From assembly GCA_002498725.1 (NCBI GenBank), contig DAIJ01000032.1, forward strand, positions 64,705 through 128,704: DNA of 64,000 nt, read 5' to 3'. The DNA is from Euryarchaeota archaeon UBA23. Lineage in GTDB: Archaea; Thermoplasmatota; Poseidoniia; Poseidoniales; Thalassarchaeaceae. The position numbers were made by a program, and so were the translations under genes. Position 1 is the stretch's first letter, and every line of letters starts with the position of its first letter. Shown piece after piece: positions 49,710-59,727 of the stretch. The notes below the pieces were generated by a model that was given only the letters and a program-made list of their open reading frames with translations, searched no databases and had not been told where the DNA came from.

Positions 49710-51119
49710 TCACGGAGTTACCCGTGATCGATCTCTCGGGAATAATACAACTTCGCGAACGTTTCCTGCCCCAGTCAAGACCATCAGAAGTCTAGCTACG
49801 CCTAGTCCCCATCCTGCATGAGGTGGTGCTCCATAACGAAAGCCATCTGTGTAGAATGTAAAATCAGCAGGATCAAGTTCCATATCTCTCAAATTTTGAT
49901 TCAAAACATCTACTCGATGCTCACGTTGACCTCCACTAGTCATTTCGTCACGTCCATAATTAAGATCAAATCCTCTACTTAGTTGACCTCCAGTTACTCC
50001 TTTTTCATTCTCATCATGGAATATGTAGAATGGTTTCATTGCCATAGGCCAGCGTGGTAGGAAGTGAAAACCAGGATGATTTTCAGCGATTAAATCACAA
50101 TGGTGACTTTCAATATCATCACCCCAATCAATTTCCCCTCCTCCATTTTGTACAATCTTTATTGCTTCACAATAGGAAATTCTTGGGAAGGGCAGTTGTG
50201 GTACTTCAACAACAACAGGATCCTTACCCTGACTTATCTTGTATTCATTTACAACATCAATTAAATTCAGGTCGTTTTCAGCAACTTTACTCCAGATATA
50301 GTGAATCATTCTCTCCTGAACTCCCATTACATCATCATCATTCATCCATGCTCCTTCAATATCAAAAGAAATGAATTCATTCAAGTGACGATATGTATCA
50401 TGTTTTTCTGCACGAAATGCCGGTCCTATCTCAAAAACTCTCTCTAAGCCCCCTAATACGGCTAATTGTTTGTATAATTGCGGAGACTGACTTAGGAATG
50501 CTGGAGTATCGAAATACATCATTGGGAATAGATTAGTTCCGCCTTCGCTAGCACTTGCAATTATTTTAGGGCTATTTATCTCTTGAAAACCTTCACTAAT
50601 AAGATGTTCACGACCATATTGTAAAACCTTACTCCTTAATTGAAACATTGCGTTTACATGAGCTCTACGAAGATCCAAATGACGATTATCTAACCTTATG
50701 TCTAAACCTACATTAACATCATCTATGATTCCTACTGGCAGGGGAGTTCCTGCCATTGATAGGACATTAGCCTTCTCAACTTGAATCTCATATTCAGGCA
50801 GGGGAGTAGGTTCTCCCTCGGCGACTTTAGGAGGCCTCTTCTGTGCGACGACGCCAATAATTTGTATGGTTGATTCACGTGCTGCAGATTGTATCTCAGT
50901 AAACGTTTCTTCGTCCATATTGTCTTTCTTTAGGAAGGCCTGTATGTGTCCTGTACCATCTCTCATCATCACAAAAGCGATAGCACCTCTGCCTCGGATG
51001 GTTTCTGCATATCCACATAGAGTAACTTCTGATCCAAGCAGATCAGATCCATTATCTACAACTTGCCCTATTGTATGTGTGCGGAAGGCCGTCGGCTCCC
51101 ATCCCGAACTGTCTCTCAT
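49710..51119 (-). CDS. class IIb aspartyl-/asparaginyl-tRNA synthetase (archaeal/eukaryotic-type AspRS most likely)
   Basis: 469 aa. N-terminal OB anticodon-binding domain. Class II motifs (FRAEK-like GPAFRAE, QSPQLYKQ, GLGVARLLM). AspRS and AsnRS cannot be separated by eye. Confidence 0.8.
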   Translation of the reverse strand: MRDSSGWEPTAFRTHTIGQVVDNGSDLLGSEVTLCGYAETIRGRGAIAFVMMRDGTGHIQAFLKKDNMDEETFTEIQSAARESTIQIIGVVAQKRPPKVAEGEPTPLPEYEIQVEKANVLSMAGTPLPVGIIDDVNVGLDIRLDNRHLDLRRAHVNAMFQLRSKVLQYGREHLISEGFQEINSPKIIASASEGGTNLFPMMYFDTPAFLSQSPQLYKQLAVLGGLERVFEIGPAFRAEKHDTYRHLNEFISFDIEGAWMNDDDVMGVQERMIHYIWSKVAENDLNLIDVVNEYKISQGKDPVVVEVPQLPFPRISYCEAIKIVQNGGGEIDWGDDIESHHCDLIAENHPGFHFLPRWPMAMKPFYIFHDENEKGVTGGQLSRGFDLNYGRDEMTSGGQREHRVDVLNQNLRDMELDPADFTFYTDGFRYGAPPHAGWGLGVARLLMVLTGAGNVREVVLFPRDRSRVTP

Positions 51120-51212
51120 GACTATGGCGTCTCATATTCAATTTATGAATCGAATCGAAGTTGAATATGGAATAAAGCGAATGCTTGAGTAGTCGAGACC
51201 TTACAGAGCACC

Positions 51213-52295
51213 ATGGATGCGAACTCGATGTACTTCAGGATGATGGGCAATACAGGACTCCAAGTATCTGTGTTATCATATGGATTCTGGGCAACTTATG
51301 GTGTAAAAGATAGACTATCCGGCGATTCAGGCGTTAGAACAGCAAAAGAATTGTTGACAACTGCTCGTGAAGCAGGAATCAATTGTTTTGATCATGCTGA
51401 AGCGTATGGCAATCCAAATGGTGAGGCTGAGAGAATATTTGGAATAGCGTTGAAGGAATTACAAGAGGAGAATCCAAATCTTTGGAGGCGGAATGAACTC
51501 ATAATTACTACGAAGATATTTTGGGGAGGTACAGGAGTAAACGAATCAGGCCTTTCTATGAAGCATTGTAGTGAGGGCATTGATGCTTGCCTCAAGCGTC
51601 TTCAATTGGATTATGTCGACATGGTGTTTTGTCATCGACCAGATCAATTTACTCCTACTGCAACAGTTGTACGTTCTATGACAAATTTAGTTAGGTCAGG
51701 AAAGGCAATGTCTTGGGGTACAAGTGAATGGTCAGCCCAACAAATTACAGAGGCATTTTGGATTGCTAGAAGTGAAGGTCTTGAACCACCTCAATTTGAG
51801 CAACCCCAGTATAATATGCTTCACAGGCAGAGATTTGAAGAGGAATATTTCCCTCTGTATAATCCTCCATACTCTATTGGTACTACGATATGGAGTCCAC
51901 TAAGATCCGGATTCCTAACAGGCAAATACCTAGATGGAATACCCGAAGATTCTCGCGCCACTCAATCGGGATATGAGTGGTTAATCGAAGATCTCGAAGA
52001 CCGGAAGGCTCGTGGAGAATATGAAATTGTTAGATCTTTATGTAAATATGCAGAGAAGATGAGCTGTAGCGCAGCACAATTAGCTCTTGCTTGGTGTTTG
52101 AAAAATAAAAATGTAACAACAATTCTTCTTGGTGCGACAACCCCTAGTCAACTCAAGGAAAATCTTGCTTGTATCGACGTAGCTCTTAGAATGACAGAAG
52201 AAGATCTAGAAGCACTTGATGAGATTCTAGGAAACAAGCCAAATGATTGGATTGGCCCTAATGGATCAGGCAGTCGTCAATTGAAAAAATTGTGA
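51213..52295 (+). CDS. aldo/keto reductase (Kv-beta subunit-like)
   Basis: 360 aa. AKR signatures (GNTGLQVSVLSYGFWATYG, DMVFCHRPD, ILLGATTPSQLKENL). Confidence 0.75.
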   Translation: MDANSMYFRMMGNTGLQVSVLSYGFWATYGVKDRLSGDSGVRTAKELLTTAREAGINCFDHAEAYGNPNGEAERIFGIALKELQEENPNLWRRNELIITTKIFWGGTGVNESGLSMKHCSEGIDACLKRLQLDYVDMVFCHRPDQFTPTATVVRSMTNLVRSGKAMSWGTSEWSAQQITEAFWIARSEGLEPPQFEQPQYNMLHRQRFEEEYFPLYNPPYSIGTTIWSPLRSGFLTGKYLDGIPEDSRATQSGYEWLIEDLEDRKARGEYEIVRSLCKYAEKMSCSAAQLALAWCLKNKNVTTILLGATTPSQLKENLACIDVALRMTEEDLEALDEILGNKPNDWIGPNGSGSRQLKKL

Positions 52296-53126
52296 TTATT
52301 CTTCTTCGTTTATTTGTGGTGCTATTTTAGCTGCAATGATTAAAAATGCAGTATGTCCCATAGGTTGATTTCCCGGACGAACTCCGCCTCTAACTGCTTT
52401 AGTCCATCGTCGTTCAATTATTTCTCCAGCAAATTCCACAATCATATTTTGCTTTTCAACTACTTCCCAAGATCTCTCAAGTTGTGAAGTTGTTGGGCAA
52501 TAACAAGCAATTCTTCCGCCTTTTCTTATTTTACTAGAAATACTTGGCAACACCGTCCAAGGTTCTGCAATGTCTATAATGGCTGCATCTAATTCTTTAC
52601 AGATTTCATCAATTTCAGAAGCAGCATCCTGTAACTCCATTTCAAGAAGATGCCACTCAGGGAATTCGGGCAAAAATTCCTTCATTCGTTCCATATTGTA
52701 CTTCCCAACCTCTGCATGTTCCGGACGATTTTCTACAGAAATCAGGCACCCCTTGTTTCCCATTACGTTGGCTAAATGCATAGCAAGTCCAGCAGACCCG
52801 TGTCCTCCTTCTAATACTCGACTACCAATCCCTAACCCCATCCATGAGATTAGGAATCCGGAGTCTTTTACTCCTATAGTTTGAGCCCTCCTACTCATGT
52901 TTCTGCGAGCTTCTGGGAGTGACGCTTCAACAATTGTAAGCGATTTTTGCCCTACTTTGATCCTATCGCCAATTGAGTAACCTCTCAGAAGGTCTTTGCA
53001 ATTGAATCTACCAAGCCCTTTGATCTTTATTTCTCCTGCTTTCCTATCTAAAAGATAAGCACGACCATCATCTTCTCGCAATGCTACCCAATCAGAACCA
53101 TCCACATTGCCACTTGGCACACCCAT
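52296..53126 (-). CDS. trmI: tRNA (adenine-N1)-methyltransferase TrmI / Gcd14-like
   Basis: 276 aa. N-terminal beta-barrel domain plus a class I MTase (VLEGGHGSAGLAMHLA ... DAAIIDIAEPW). Confidence 0.65.
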   Translation of the reverse strand: MGVPSGNVDGSDWVALREDDGRAYLLDRKAGEIKIKGLGRFNCKDLLRGYSIGDRIKVGQKSLTIVEASLPEARRNMSRRAQTIGVKDSGFLISWMGLGIGSRVLEGGHGSAGLAMHLANVMGNKGCLISVENRPEHAEVGKYNMERMKEFLPEFPEWHLLEMELQDAASEIDEICKELDAAIIDIAEPWTVLPSISSKIRKGGRIACYCPTTSQLERSWEVVEKQNMIVEFAGEIIERRWTKAVRGGVRPGNQPMGHTAFLIIAAKIAPQINEEE

Positions 53127-53195
53127 GGTACACTCTCAGAACTATTATGATTCAATACCTTCGGAAATCAAAATCTCTCTTTTTTTTGTTTTATC

Positions 53196-53211
53196 CGACC
53201 CTATAGGGTCG
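53196..53211. promoter_or_regulatory. perfect 16-nt palindrome CGACCCTATAGGGTCG, followed 20 nt later by a second TTATAGGGT that lies 25 nt upstream of the Trx-adhesin ATG
   Basis: Read directly. It is preceded by a T9 run (53180-53188). The outer half-sites CGACC/GGTCG are the same as in the suf/nfu palindrome. Confidence 0.4.
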
Positions 53212-53255
53212 TTTTCCCAATCGAACCGTTATAGGGTATTGTTATACGCCTTGAT

Positions 53256-56200
53256 ATGACCGATAGATCGATGGAGAGTGCAAGTAGAGTTAATCAACTT
53301 CCAACATTTTCAATTGTAATATTAGTTGTTACAATGTCCTCAATTGGATTTTTTAGTGTTGAAAGCCAGGATGAACCGATTTCCGACGAACTCTTTGCAA
53401 AAGAGATGCCTAGATTTGCCTCAAGCCCGGGTCACACTGTATTTGGGGAGTACGTAGGGGCACATTGGTGTGGTCCCTGTATGAGTAGTGCTTCACCATC
53501 TTTAAGTAACTTGAAATCAGATAATTCTGATGATTTTACATACGTTTCATTCTTTGAAGGGGACAGTAGTGGTTGGCCTTCAGATTCTCCAATAAATAGG
53601 ATGGATCACATTATGGCTGGGTCTTCTGGTTATCCTACCTTTGCTTTCGCAGATGTTGCTTCTGGTAATTGTTACAGAGTTGGGGCATCTGGATCAAATT
53701 ACTATGATCCTCAATTTAGTTCAGGAGGGTGTATGCATGCCGACTCAACAGATTTTCGAATGGAACTCTCAATATCTCTGAATGGGGCCGGAGATACAGT
53801 AACAACATCCCTTGATGTTACTTACATTGGTAGTGGTTCAGTACAGGTTTTTGTTTATGGTGCAATTACCGAAAAAACTGGTGCTGAGGCATATAGTAAT
53901 GGATACAAGCCACACCACGTATGGAGAGACTGGTTGTTAGATAGTACTGGTACAGGATTTGAACAAATAACTCTCAACTCAAATCAGTTGGAATCTTTAT
54001 CTTGGGATACTCCATTAAGCAAGGTTCGTGCATCAGGAGGCGCCACTCAATGGGAAAATTTTTGGCCGGTAATCGCTTTGATGGATGGCCCACATACTAC
54101 TTGGAATGAAGTATATGCAGCCATTGATCTTGACATGGGTCCATTAGTTGATGTAGGGATCAATCAATTCGATGCTCGGAATTCAAATGGTAATTTAGGA
54201 TTCATCCAAGGAGATATTATTGATCTAGAAGTTCAAGTTATGAATAATGGTGCTGAATCATATGATGATGGAGGAACTATTTCAATTTACCATATTCAAG
54301 GGGCAGATGAGGTTGAACTAGGTAGTATTTCCATTAATCAACTTGGAGTTTCAGGAACTCAATCCTATGTAACTAGTTTTGATACCAGTGGTATTAGTAT
54401 GTCTCCATCAGGAGCCTCTTCATTCAGGGCAAGACTTAGTGGTCTTACCGGAGATCGGATTAGTTCTAATGATTACATGGATGATATGGCTTTTCATGAT
54501 ATGCCACCCACAGCAAGTCGCCCTTCTTCTATTGGTTCTCCATCAATTCATAGGGGGGTTGATCTTCAGTTTGAATCCACCGCACTATCTAATGATCTCA
54601 TTGATGACACTTCCACAATGACTACTGTTTTCCAGTATTCAATGAGTGGAACCGAGAATTGGCAATCTTCATGGATTACAAATGTAGAATTGATTGGTAC
54701 TGGAGGAAATTCTCGTTACGTACATACAATATCTCCTCCAATTAATGCTAATACTGGCAACTATGATGTCAGAATTCAATGGACAGATCCTGCAGGTCAA
54801 ACTTCTGATTGGAAATTTGCCGAGAATGCTTTTGAGTTACGTAATGCTTTACCTAAAGTTCTTGGTTCAGGTGACGACGGGTACTTTGGAGTGCCTACTG
54901 TAAAGGTAGATAATATCGAAAGAATCCCAATAGTTGGCCTGATTTCAGATGCCGAAACACCTCTTTCTATGATTGATATAGATAGCAATGCCCCTGAATT
55001 TATTTCATACGATTCATCCACACTTGAGCTTTTGGTAAACTTCCAAGAAGTGGCTTTAGATTCTCAGGGTAACCCTTTGACTCAGGGCTTATTTGTAACT
55101 GTTGATGATGGAGAAGATGTAAACACTGGAACAATTTTATTCAACGTAGTTGAAAATGGCCAACCTAGGTGGGCACCTATACCAACTCAATCATTTGATG
55201 AAGGTGGTTCAGGCAGCCTTGCTTTGACATATTTCTTGTCAGATTCAGATAATGACGGAAACTCTGTCCCACCTACCGGGCTTGAAGTGAGTATTGTTTC
55301 TATTAGTGATGAAAATTTGATAAGAGCGAATTTAAATGGACATATGCTAAATGTTGAATCTCTAGATGATGATTCATTTGGTATGTCTGAGATCACAATT
55401 AGAGCGTCTGACGGGATCAAATTTTCAGATACAGTAGTAACATATCACGTAAATAATATCAATGATGCTCCAAGAATAGACATGGTTGGCCAAGAAGAAA
55501 TACTTGTTCAAGTAGGAGATAGAATAAATCTTGATATTCTTAGTTTTATTACTGATGTAGATGATCCCGATGAAGAGATTTGGATTACTGTAACAACATT
55601 TGTACCAGGTTCTGTTCTTTATAATCCAATTTCTGGTTTACTTACAATGAGTTGGGATGCCTCTGGAGAGGAATTGGTAACGATAACAGCTGAAGACAGG
55701 CACGGAGATGCTAGTGCACAAATTATTACTGTTACAGTAGTTAGTCAGTTGCCACTTCATTGGGAAGATAGTACTGGGGATGGAGACCTTTCTGTTAACA
55801 TTAGCAGTGTCGATTTCGGTAATAATCCCAGTGTTTTAATTACTAATATAGGAAGTCATGAACTTTCTGATTTAGAAGTAAGATGGAGCGTTTGCAATAG
55901 CATTACTGGAATTTGTAATGATTTCGGAATATCTTACAACTTTGGACCATTTATTGTTCTGGCCGCAGATGGAGATGGCCTATCGACGGGCGATTACGTT
56001 ACACTTGACGTTAGTTCTGTAGATTCAAATGGTTTTGATCGTTCAACATCAATTTCTTACAAGATTTTTGCAACACAGCCAAATGTTGCCGAAGCAGATG
56101 AAAGTGGAAATAATCTAGAAGATTCTAGTGATTCTGGAATTAGTATGCTTTCTGTAGGCCTCAGTATTGGTGTAATTTTACTTCTATCTATAGTCGTCGT

Positions 56201-56426
56201 TTTATTGGCCGTACTCAGTAGACAAAGGTCGAACTTGTTAGCATACAATCATGTTGTCATGGGTATAGATGAGCATCACGATCAACCCACTTATTCTCCG
56301 TTACAGAATATACCTCCTCCACCCCCTGGAATGGGGCCTCCACTTCCTCCAGAGGGGCTTCCTCCAGGATGGACCATGGAACAATGGAATTATTATGGGG
56401 AATCCTATCTAAAGAGTAGAGATTAA
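53256..56426 (+). CDS. giant surface protein with N-terminal extracellular thioredoxin-like domain (WCGPC) and Ig/cadherin-like repeats, C-terminal TM anchor and proline-rich cytoplasmic tail
   Basis: 1056 aa. Signal peptide, with cleavage predicted before QDEP. Trx motif FGEYVGAHWCGPCMSS. Long beta-rich repeats. TM GLSIGVILLLSIVVVLLAVL. Tail PPPPPGMGPPLPPEGLPPGW. Confidence 0.6.
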   Translation: MTDRSMESASRVNQLPTFSIVILVVTMSSIGFFSVESQDEPISDELFAKEMPRFASSPGHTVFGEYVGAHWCGPCMSSASPSLSNLKSDNSDDFTYVSFFEGDSSGWPSDSPINRMDHIMAGSSGYPTFAFADVASGNCYRVGASGSNYYDPQFSSGGCMHADSTDFRMELSISLNGAGDTVTTSLDVTYIGSGSVQVFVYGAITEKTGAEAYSNGYKPHHVWRDWLLDSTGTGFEQITLNSNQLESLSWDTPLSKVRASGGATQWENFWPVIALMDGPHTTWNEVYAAIDLDMGPLVDVGINQFDARNSNGNLGFIQGDIIDLEVQVMNNGAESYDDGGTISIYHIQGADEVELGSISINQLGVSGTQSYVTSFDTSGISMSPSGASSFRARLSGLTGDRISSNDYMDDMAFHDMPPTASRPSSIGSPSIHRGVDLQFESTALSNDLIDDTSTMTTVFQYSMSGTENWQSSWITNVELIGTGGNSRYVHTISPPINANTGNYDVRIQWTDPAGQTSDWKFAENAFELRNALPKVLGSGDDGYFGVPTVKVDNIERIPIVGLISDAETPLSMIDIDSNAPEFISYDSSTLELLVNFQEVALDSQGNPLTQGLFVTVDDGEDVNTGTILFNVVENGQPRWAPIPTQSFDEGGSGSLALTYFLSDSDNDGNSVPPTGLEVSIVSISDENLIRANLNGHMLNVESLDDDSFGMSEITIRASDGIKFSDTVVTYHVNNINDAPRIDMVGQEEILVQVGDRINLDILSFITDVDDPDEEIWITVTTFVPGSVLYNPISGLLTMSWDASGEELVTITAEDRHGDASAQIITVTVVSQLPLHWEDSTGDGDLSVNISSVDFGNNPSVLITNIGSHELSDLEVRWSVCNSITGICNDFGISYNFGPFIVLAADGDGLSTGDYVTLDVSSVDSNGFDRSTSISYKIFATQPNVAEADESGNNLEDSSDSGISMLSVGLSIGVILLLSIVVVLLAVLSRQRSNLLAYNHVVMGIDEHHDQPTYSPLQNIPPPPPGMGPPLPPEGLPPGWTMEQWNYYGESYLKSRD

Positions 56427-56462
56427 CCCTCAAATGGCCATTTCTCTTTTACACAATTCCTT

Positions 56463-56484
56463 ACGCACCTTCAAGAAGGTGCGT
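56463..56484. promoter_or_regulatory. perfect 10-bp inverted repeat ACGCACCTTC-AA-GAAGGTGCGT, 30 nt upstream of the lonB GTG and 37 nt downstream of the Trx-adhesin stop
   Basis: Read directly, followed by CTTTC. It could be an operator for stress regulation of lonB or a terminator hairpin for the upstream gene. Confidence 0.4.
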
Positions 56485-56513
56485 CTTTCAGGACTGATCC
56501 CGAGGTATGAGCC

Positions 56514-58544
56514 GTGAGCGATACAGAGTTGCCTGTAGACCCACTAGAATCGTGGGAAGATGGAGCCGCTTTTGGCGTAGCTGATGATAAAGATCCTATT
56601 TGTACCCAACCGGTTGAAGAGTGGGCATCTCAGTTGAAAATAAATTCAACAGAAGAGGTCCCAATTCCAGAGAAATTAGTTGATCAAGTGATAGGTCAGG
56701 AAGCTGCATCTATCATAGTTCGTAAAGCCGCAGAGCAACGCCGTCATATTATCATGGTAGGTGAACCCGGTACTGGAAAGTCAATGTTGGCTCGCTCGAT
56801 GACAGAATTTCTTCCAAAAGAGCAATTAGAGGATATTCTAGTATACCGTAATCATGAGGATGAAAACGAGCCTCGGATTCGTACAGTTCCTGCGGGTCGC
56901 GGTTCAACTATAATTTCAGAGAGAAGAACTCAAATCAAACAACAAAGAGAGAGGACAAATAGAACTCTATTATTCATTGCTCTTGTTGTTGGTGCGGCAT
57001 TACTTCTAGCAACTATTAGTTCTGGAGAAGTACTTACTTTCATATTCGGCTCATTTCTTCTAGTATTCGGATATTTCTTTCTCAGAACTCGTCTAACTGC
57101 TGGAGACGAGGGTAATATTCCAAAATTACTTGTTAAACATGAGCGTAATGAAGAAGTTCCTTTCGTGGATGCAACAGGGACGCTTGCTGGTGCCTTGCTA
57201 GGTGATGTGCGACATGACCCTTTCCAATCCGGTGCGGATCTAGCTACTCCTGCTCACGAGAGAGTTGAGCCAGGGGCAGTTCATAGGGCCAATAAAGGAG
57301 TTCTTTACATTGATGAAATAAGAATGTTAAGAATGGAGGAACAACAAGCTTTACTCGTCGCTATGCAAGAAAGAGCACTCTCAATTTCCGGTCGATCTGA
57401 GAGGTCCAGTGGTGCATTGACAAAGTCCGAACCAGTTCCAACGGACTTCATCCTAGTTGCTGCAGGAAATCTTGATAGTATCCAAAACATGCATCCGGCT
57501 CTTAGAAGCAGAATCCGCGGATATGGTTACGAGGTTTATGTGAATACTGATATGCGTGATACAGAAAGAAATCGTCGTAGGCTAGTACGTTTTATTGCTC
57601 AAGAAGTTCGTAATGAAATGAAGAAGGATACTGGTAAACCTATACCGCATTTTGATTCTAATGCCATAGGTCTTATTTTGAAAGAAGCTCAGAGGCGTAG
57701 TGGTAGGAGAGGTAAATTGTCACTTAGACTTCGTGAATTAGGTGGTCTAGTTAGGATTGCTGGTGATTTAGCTGCTGAAGAAAATTCTCCATTAGTATTG
57801 TTAGAACACGTGACTCGTGCTAGAGCCATTGCGAAACCACTTGAACAACAGGTAGCAGATCGATACTTAGAGAGACAATCTGAATACTCTATGCTGGTTA
57901 ATCGTGGCGAAAGAATTGGTAGAGTGAATGGTCTTGCTGTACTTGGTGCAGATACAGGACTTTCAGATTACTCTGGTGTTGTACTACCTGTAGAGGCGAT
58001 GGTCACCCCCGCTCAAGGTAGATCTGGAAAAGTAATTGCAACGGGAGGATTGTCAGATTTAGCCCAAGAGTCTGTAACTAATATTAGTGCAGTAGTAAAG
58101 AAATTAACCGGAAAAGACATTCAGGATTATGATCTTCACGTTCAATTCCCTGGCACTCACAATGTAGATGGAGATAGTGCATCTATTACAATGGCTACTG
58201 CTATAATTAGTGCATTTGAGGGAATTCCTATCGATCAAAATTTAGCCATGACAGGGTCTCTATCTGTAAGAGGTGAAGTTCTACCAATAGGTGGTGTTTC
58301 TGCTAAAATTGAAGCCGCCGTTAAATCAGGTATAGGTAGGGTAATAATTCCTAGGTCAAATCAACAAGACGTTTTAATTGATGAGAAATATGAATCAAAG
58401 GTTCAGATTATACCTGTAGACTCTCTTGATGAAGTTCTTCAACATGCATTAATTGGTGCTGAGGAGAAGGTCAGTTTAGTAGAGCGTCTAGCAAGTGTAA
58501 TTGACACAATATCTGGAAATCCAGATAGCCATCCAAGTGCCTGA
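56514..58544 (+). CDS. lonB: archaeal membrane-bound Lon protease (LonB)
   Basis: 676 aa, GTG start. AAA+ Walker A GEPGTGKS. Two TM helices inserted in the ATPase domain. C-terminal Lon protease domain with Ser-Lys dyad (GDSASITMATA ... SAKIEAA). Confidence 0.85.
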   Translation: MSDTELPVDPLESWEDGAAFGVADDKDPICTQPVEEWASQLKINSTEEVPIPEKLVDQVIGQEAASIIVRKAAEQRRHIIMVGEPGTGKSMLARSMTEFLPKEQLEDILVYRNHEDENEPRIRTVPAGRGSTIISERRTQIKQQRERTNRTLLFIALVVGAALLLATISSGEVLTFIFGSFLLVFGYFFLRTRLTAGDEGNIPKLLVKHERNEEVPFVDATGTLAGALLGDVRHDPFQSGADLATPAHERVEPGAVHRANKGVLYIDEIRMLRMEEQQALLVAMQERALSISGRSERSSGALTKSEPVPTDFILVAAGNLDSIQNMHPALRSRIRGYGYEVYVNTDMRDTERNRRRLVRFIAQEVRNEMKKDTGKPIPHFDSNAIGLILKEAQRRSGRRGKLSLRLRELGGLVRIAGDLAAEENSPLVLLEHVTRARAIAKPLEQQVADRYLERQSEYSMLVNRGERIGRVNGLAVLGADTGLSDYSGVVLPVEAMVTPAQGRSGKVIATGGLSDLAQESVTNISAVVKKLTGKDIQDYDLHVQFPGTHNVDGDSASITMATAIISAFEGIPIDQNLAMTGSLSVRGEVLPIGGVSAKIEAAVKSGIGRVIIPRSNQQDVLIDEKYESKVQIIPVDSLDEVLQHALIGAEEKVSLVERLASVIDTISGNPDSHPSA

Positions 58545-58597
58545 TACACCTAGGCGTTTAATTAAATCCCTGTTCTTATACGAGGTGCGGGGATTAG

Positions 58598-59386
58598 ATG
58601 ATTAGACCTGCTGTAGTAGCCCATGGTGGAGCGGGCGCTGGACCTGAAAGGCAAGTTAACGTGGAAGAAGCTGTAATTAGGGCCGCAGATATACTGAAGA
58701 GAGGCGGTAGTGCATTAGAAGCAGCTATAGAAGCATGTGTGATTCTAGAAGATGACCCCGTATTCAATGCCGGTACTGGTTCAGTATTTCGAACAGATGG
58801 GTCTGTCCTAGTCGATGCGTCTATTCAAACATCCGACGGGAGGATGGGTTTTGTAGTAGCAATGAAGGACACTCCTAACCCAATCAGGATCGCTGCAGAT
58901 TTATTGGATGAAGAAATAAATGGGTTAGCCGGAGAAGGTGCAAGGATTTGGGCTGATAGTAAGGGCTTTGATAAAAGAAAAGTTGTGGGTCGAATTCCTC
59001 ATGAAGAATCAACAGACACTGTAGGAGTTATAGCCAGAGATAAAGATGGACTGATTGTTTGTGCAACTAGTACTGGAGGTTGTAGTAATAGACCACCTGG
59101 AAGAGTTGGAGATGTTCCTTTACCTGGTTGCGGATTTTGGGTTCAAAAAGAAGTTGGAGTAGGTGCAACTGGGATAGGAGAGGCAATAACTAGGGCTATG
59201 TTAAGTTACAGAGTTGCAGATCGTATTTGTGCAGACATTGAAATTGAGGAAGCCATCAAATCAACTCTGGATGAAGTTATTGATGATAAATCAGAGGTCG
59301 GAGTAATCGCTCTATCTTTGCAAGGTCTAGGCGTAGGTATTTCTAATCGTAATAATATGCCTTGGGCTACTTGGTGCGCCGAGTAA
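58598..59386 (+). CDS. isoaspartyl peptidase / L-asparaginase (Ntn-hydrolase, plant-type asparaginase family)
   Basis: 262 aa. VAHGGAGAG N-terminus and autoproteolytic/nucleophile region DTVGVIARDKDGLIVCATSTGG. Confidence 0.7.
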   Translation: MIRPAVVAHGGAGAGPERQVNVEEAVIRAADILKRGGSALEAAIEACVILEDDPVFNAGTGSVFRTDGSVLVDASIQTSDGRMGFVVAMKDTPNPIRIAADLLDEEINGLAGEGARIWADSKGFDKRKVVGRIPHEESTDTVGVIARDKDGLIVCATSTGGCSNRPPGRVGDVPLPGCGFWVQKEVGVGATGIGEAITRAMLSYRVADRICADIEIEEAIKSTLDEVIDDKSEVGVIALSLQGLGVGISNRNNMPWATWCAE

Positions 59387-59451
59387 TGACTTATTTGTAG
59401 GGGATGCGCTTAAGCATGAACCTCTGGTCGGCGGCCCGTTGGAGGCATCAG

Positions 59452-59727
59452 ATGTCGGATATCGAGACTCGCATACAGCAGATTGCTCAGGTTCTTGGCC
59501 AATTGGAAGACAATCAAGTTCCGCGTAATATCCGAAACGCCTCTCGCGATGCAGTCCAGAAATGGCTTCTTAATAATGACAAAGATCTAGATATCCGTTT
59601 AGGTATGACTGCATCAATATTGGACGACATATTCAATGATGCTAATTTACCAATTCATTATGGTCCACTCTGCCTTCAAATTCAAACAGCTTTAGAGGCT
59701 CTACTTAATGAAGTAAAGCAAATCTAA
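59452..59727 (+). CDS. UPF0147-family archaeal protein
   Basis: About 91 aa from MSDIETRIQQIAQVLGQLEDNQVPRNIRNASRDA, matching the conserved UPF0147 N-terminal pattern (VPRNIR). The track ORF starts at an upstream ATG (59404). Confidence 0.55.
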   Translation: MSDIETRIQQIAQVLGQLEDNQVPRNIRNASRDAVQKWLLNNDKDLDIRLGMTASILDDIFNDANLPIHYGPLCLQIQTALEALLNEVKQI

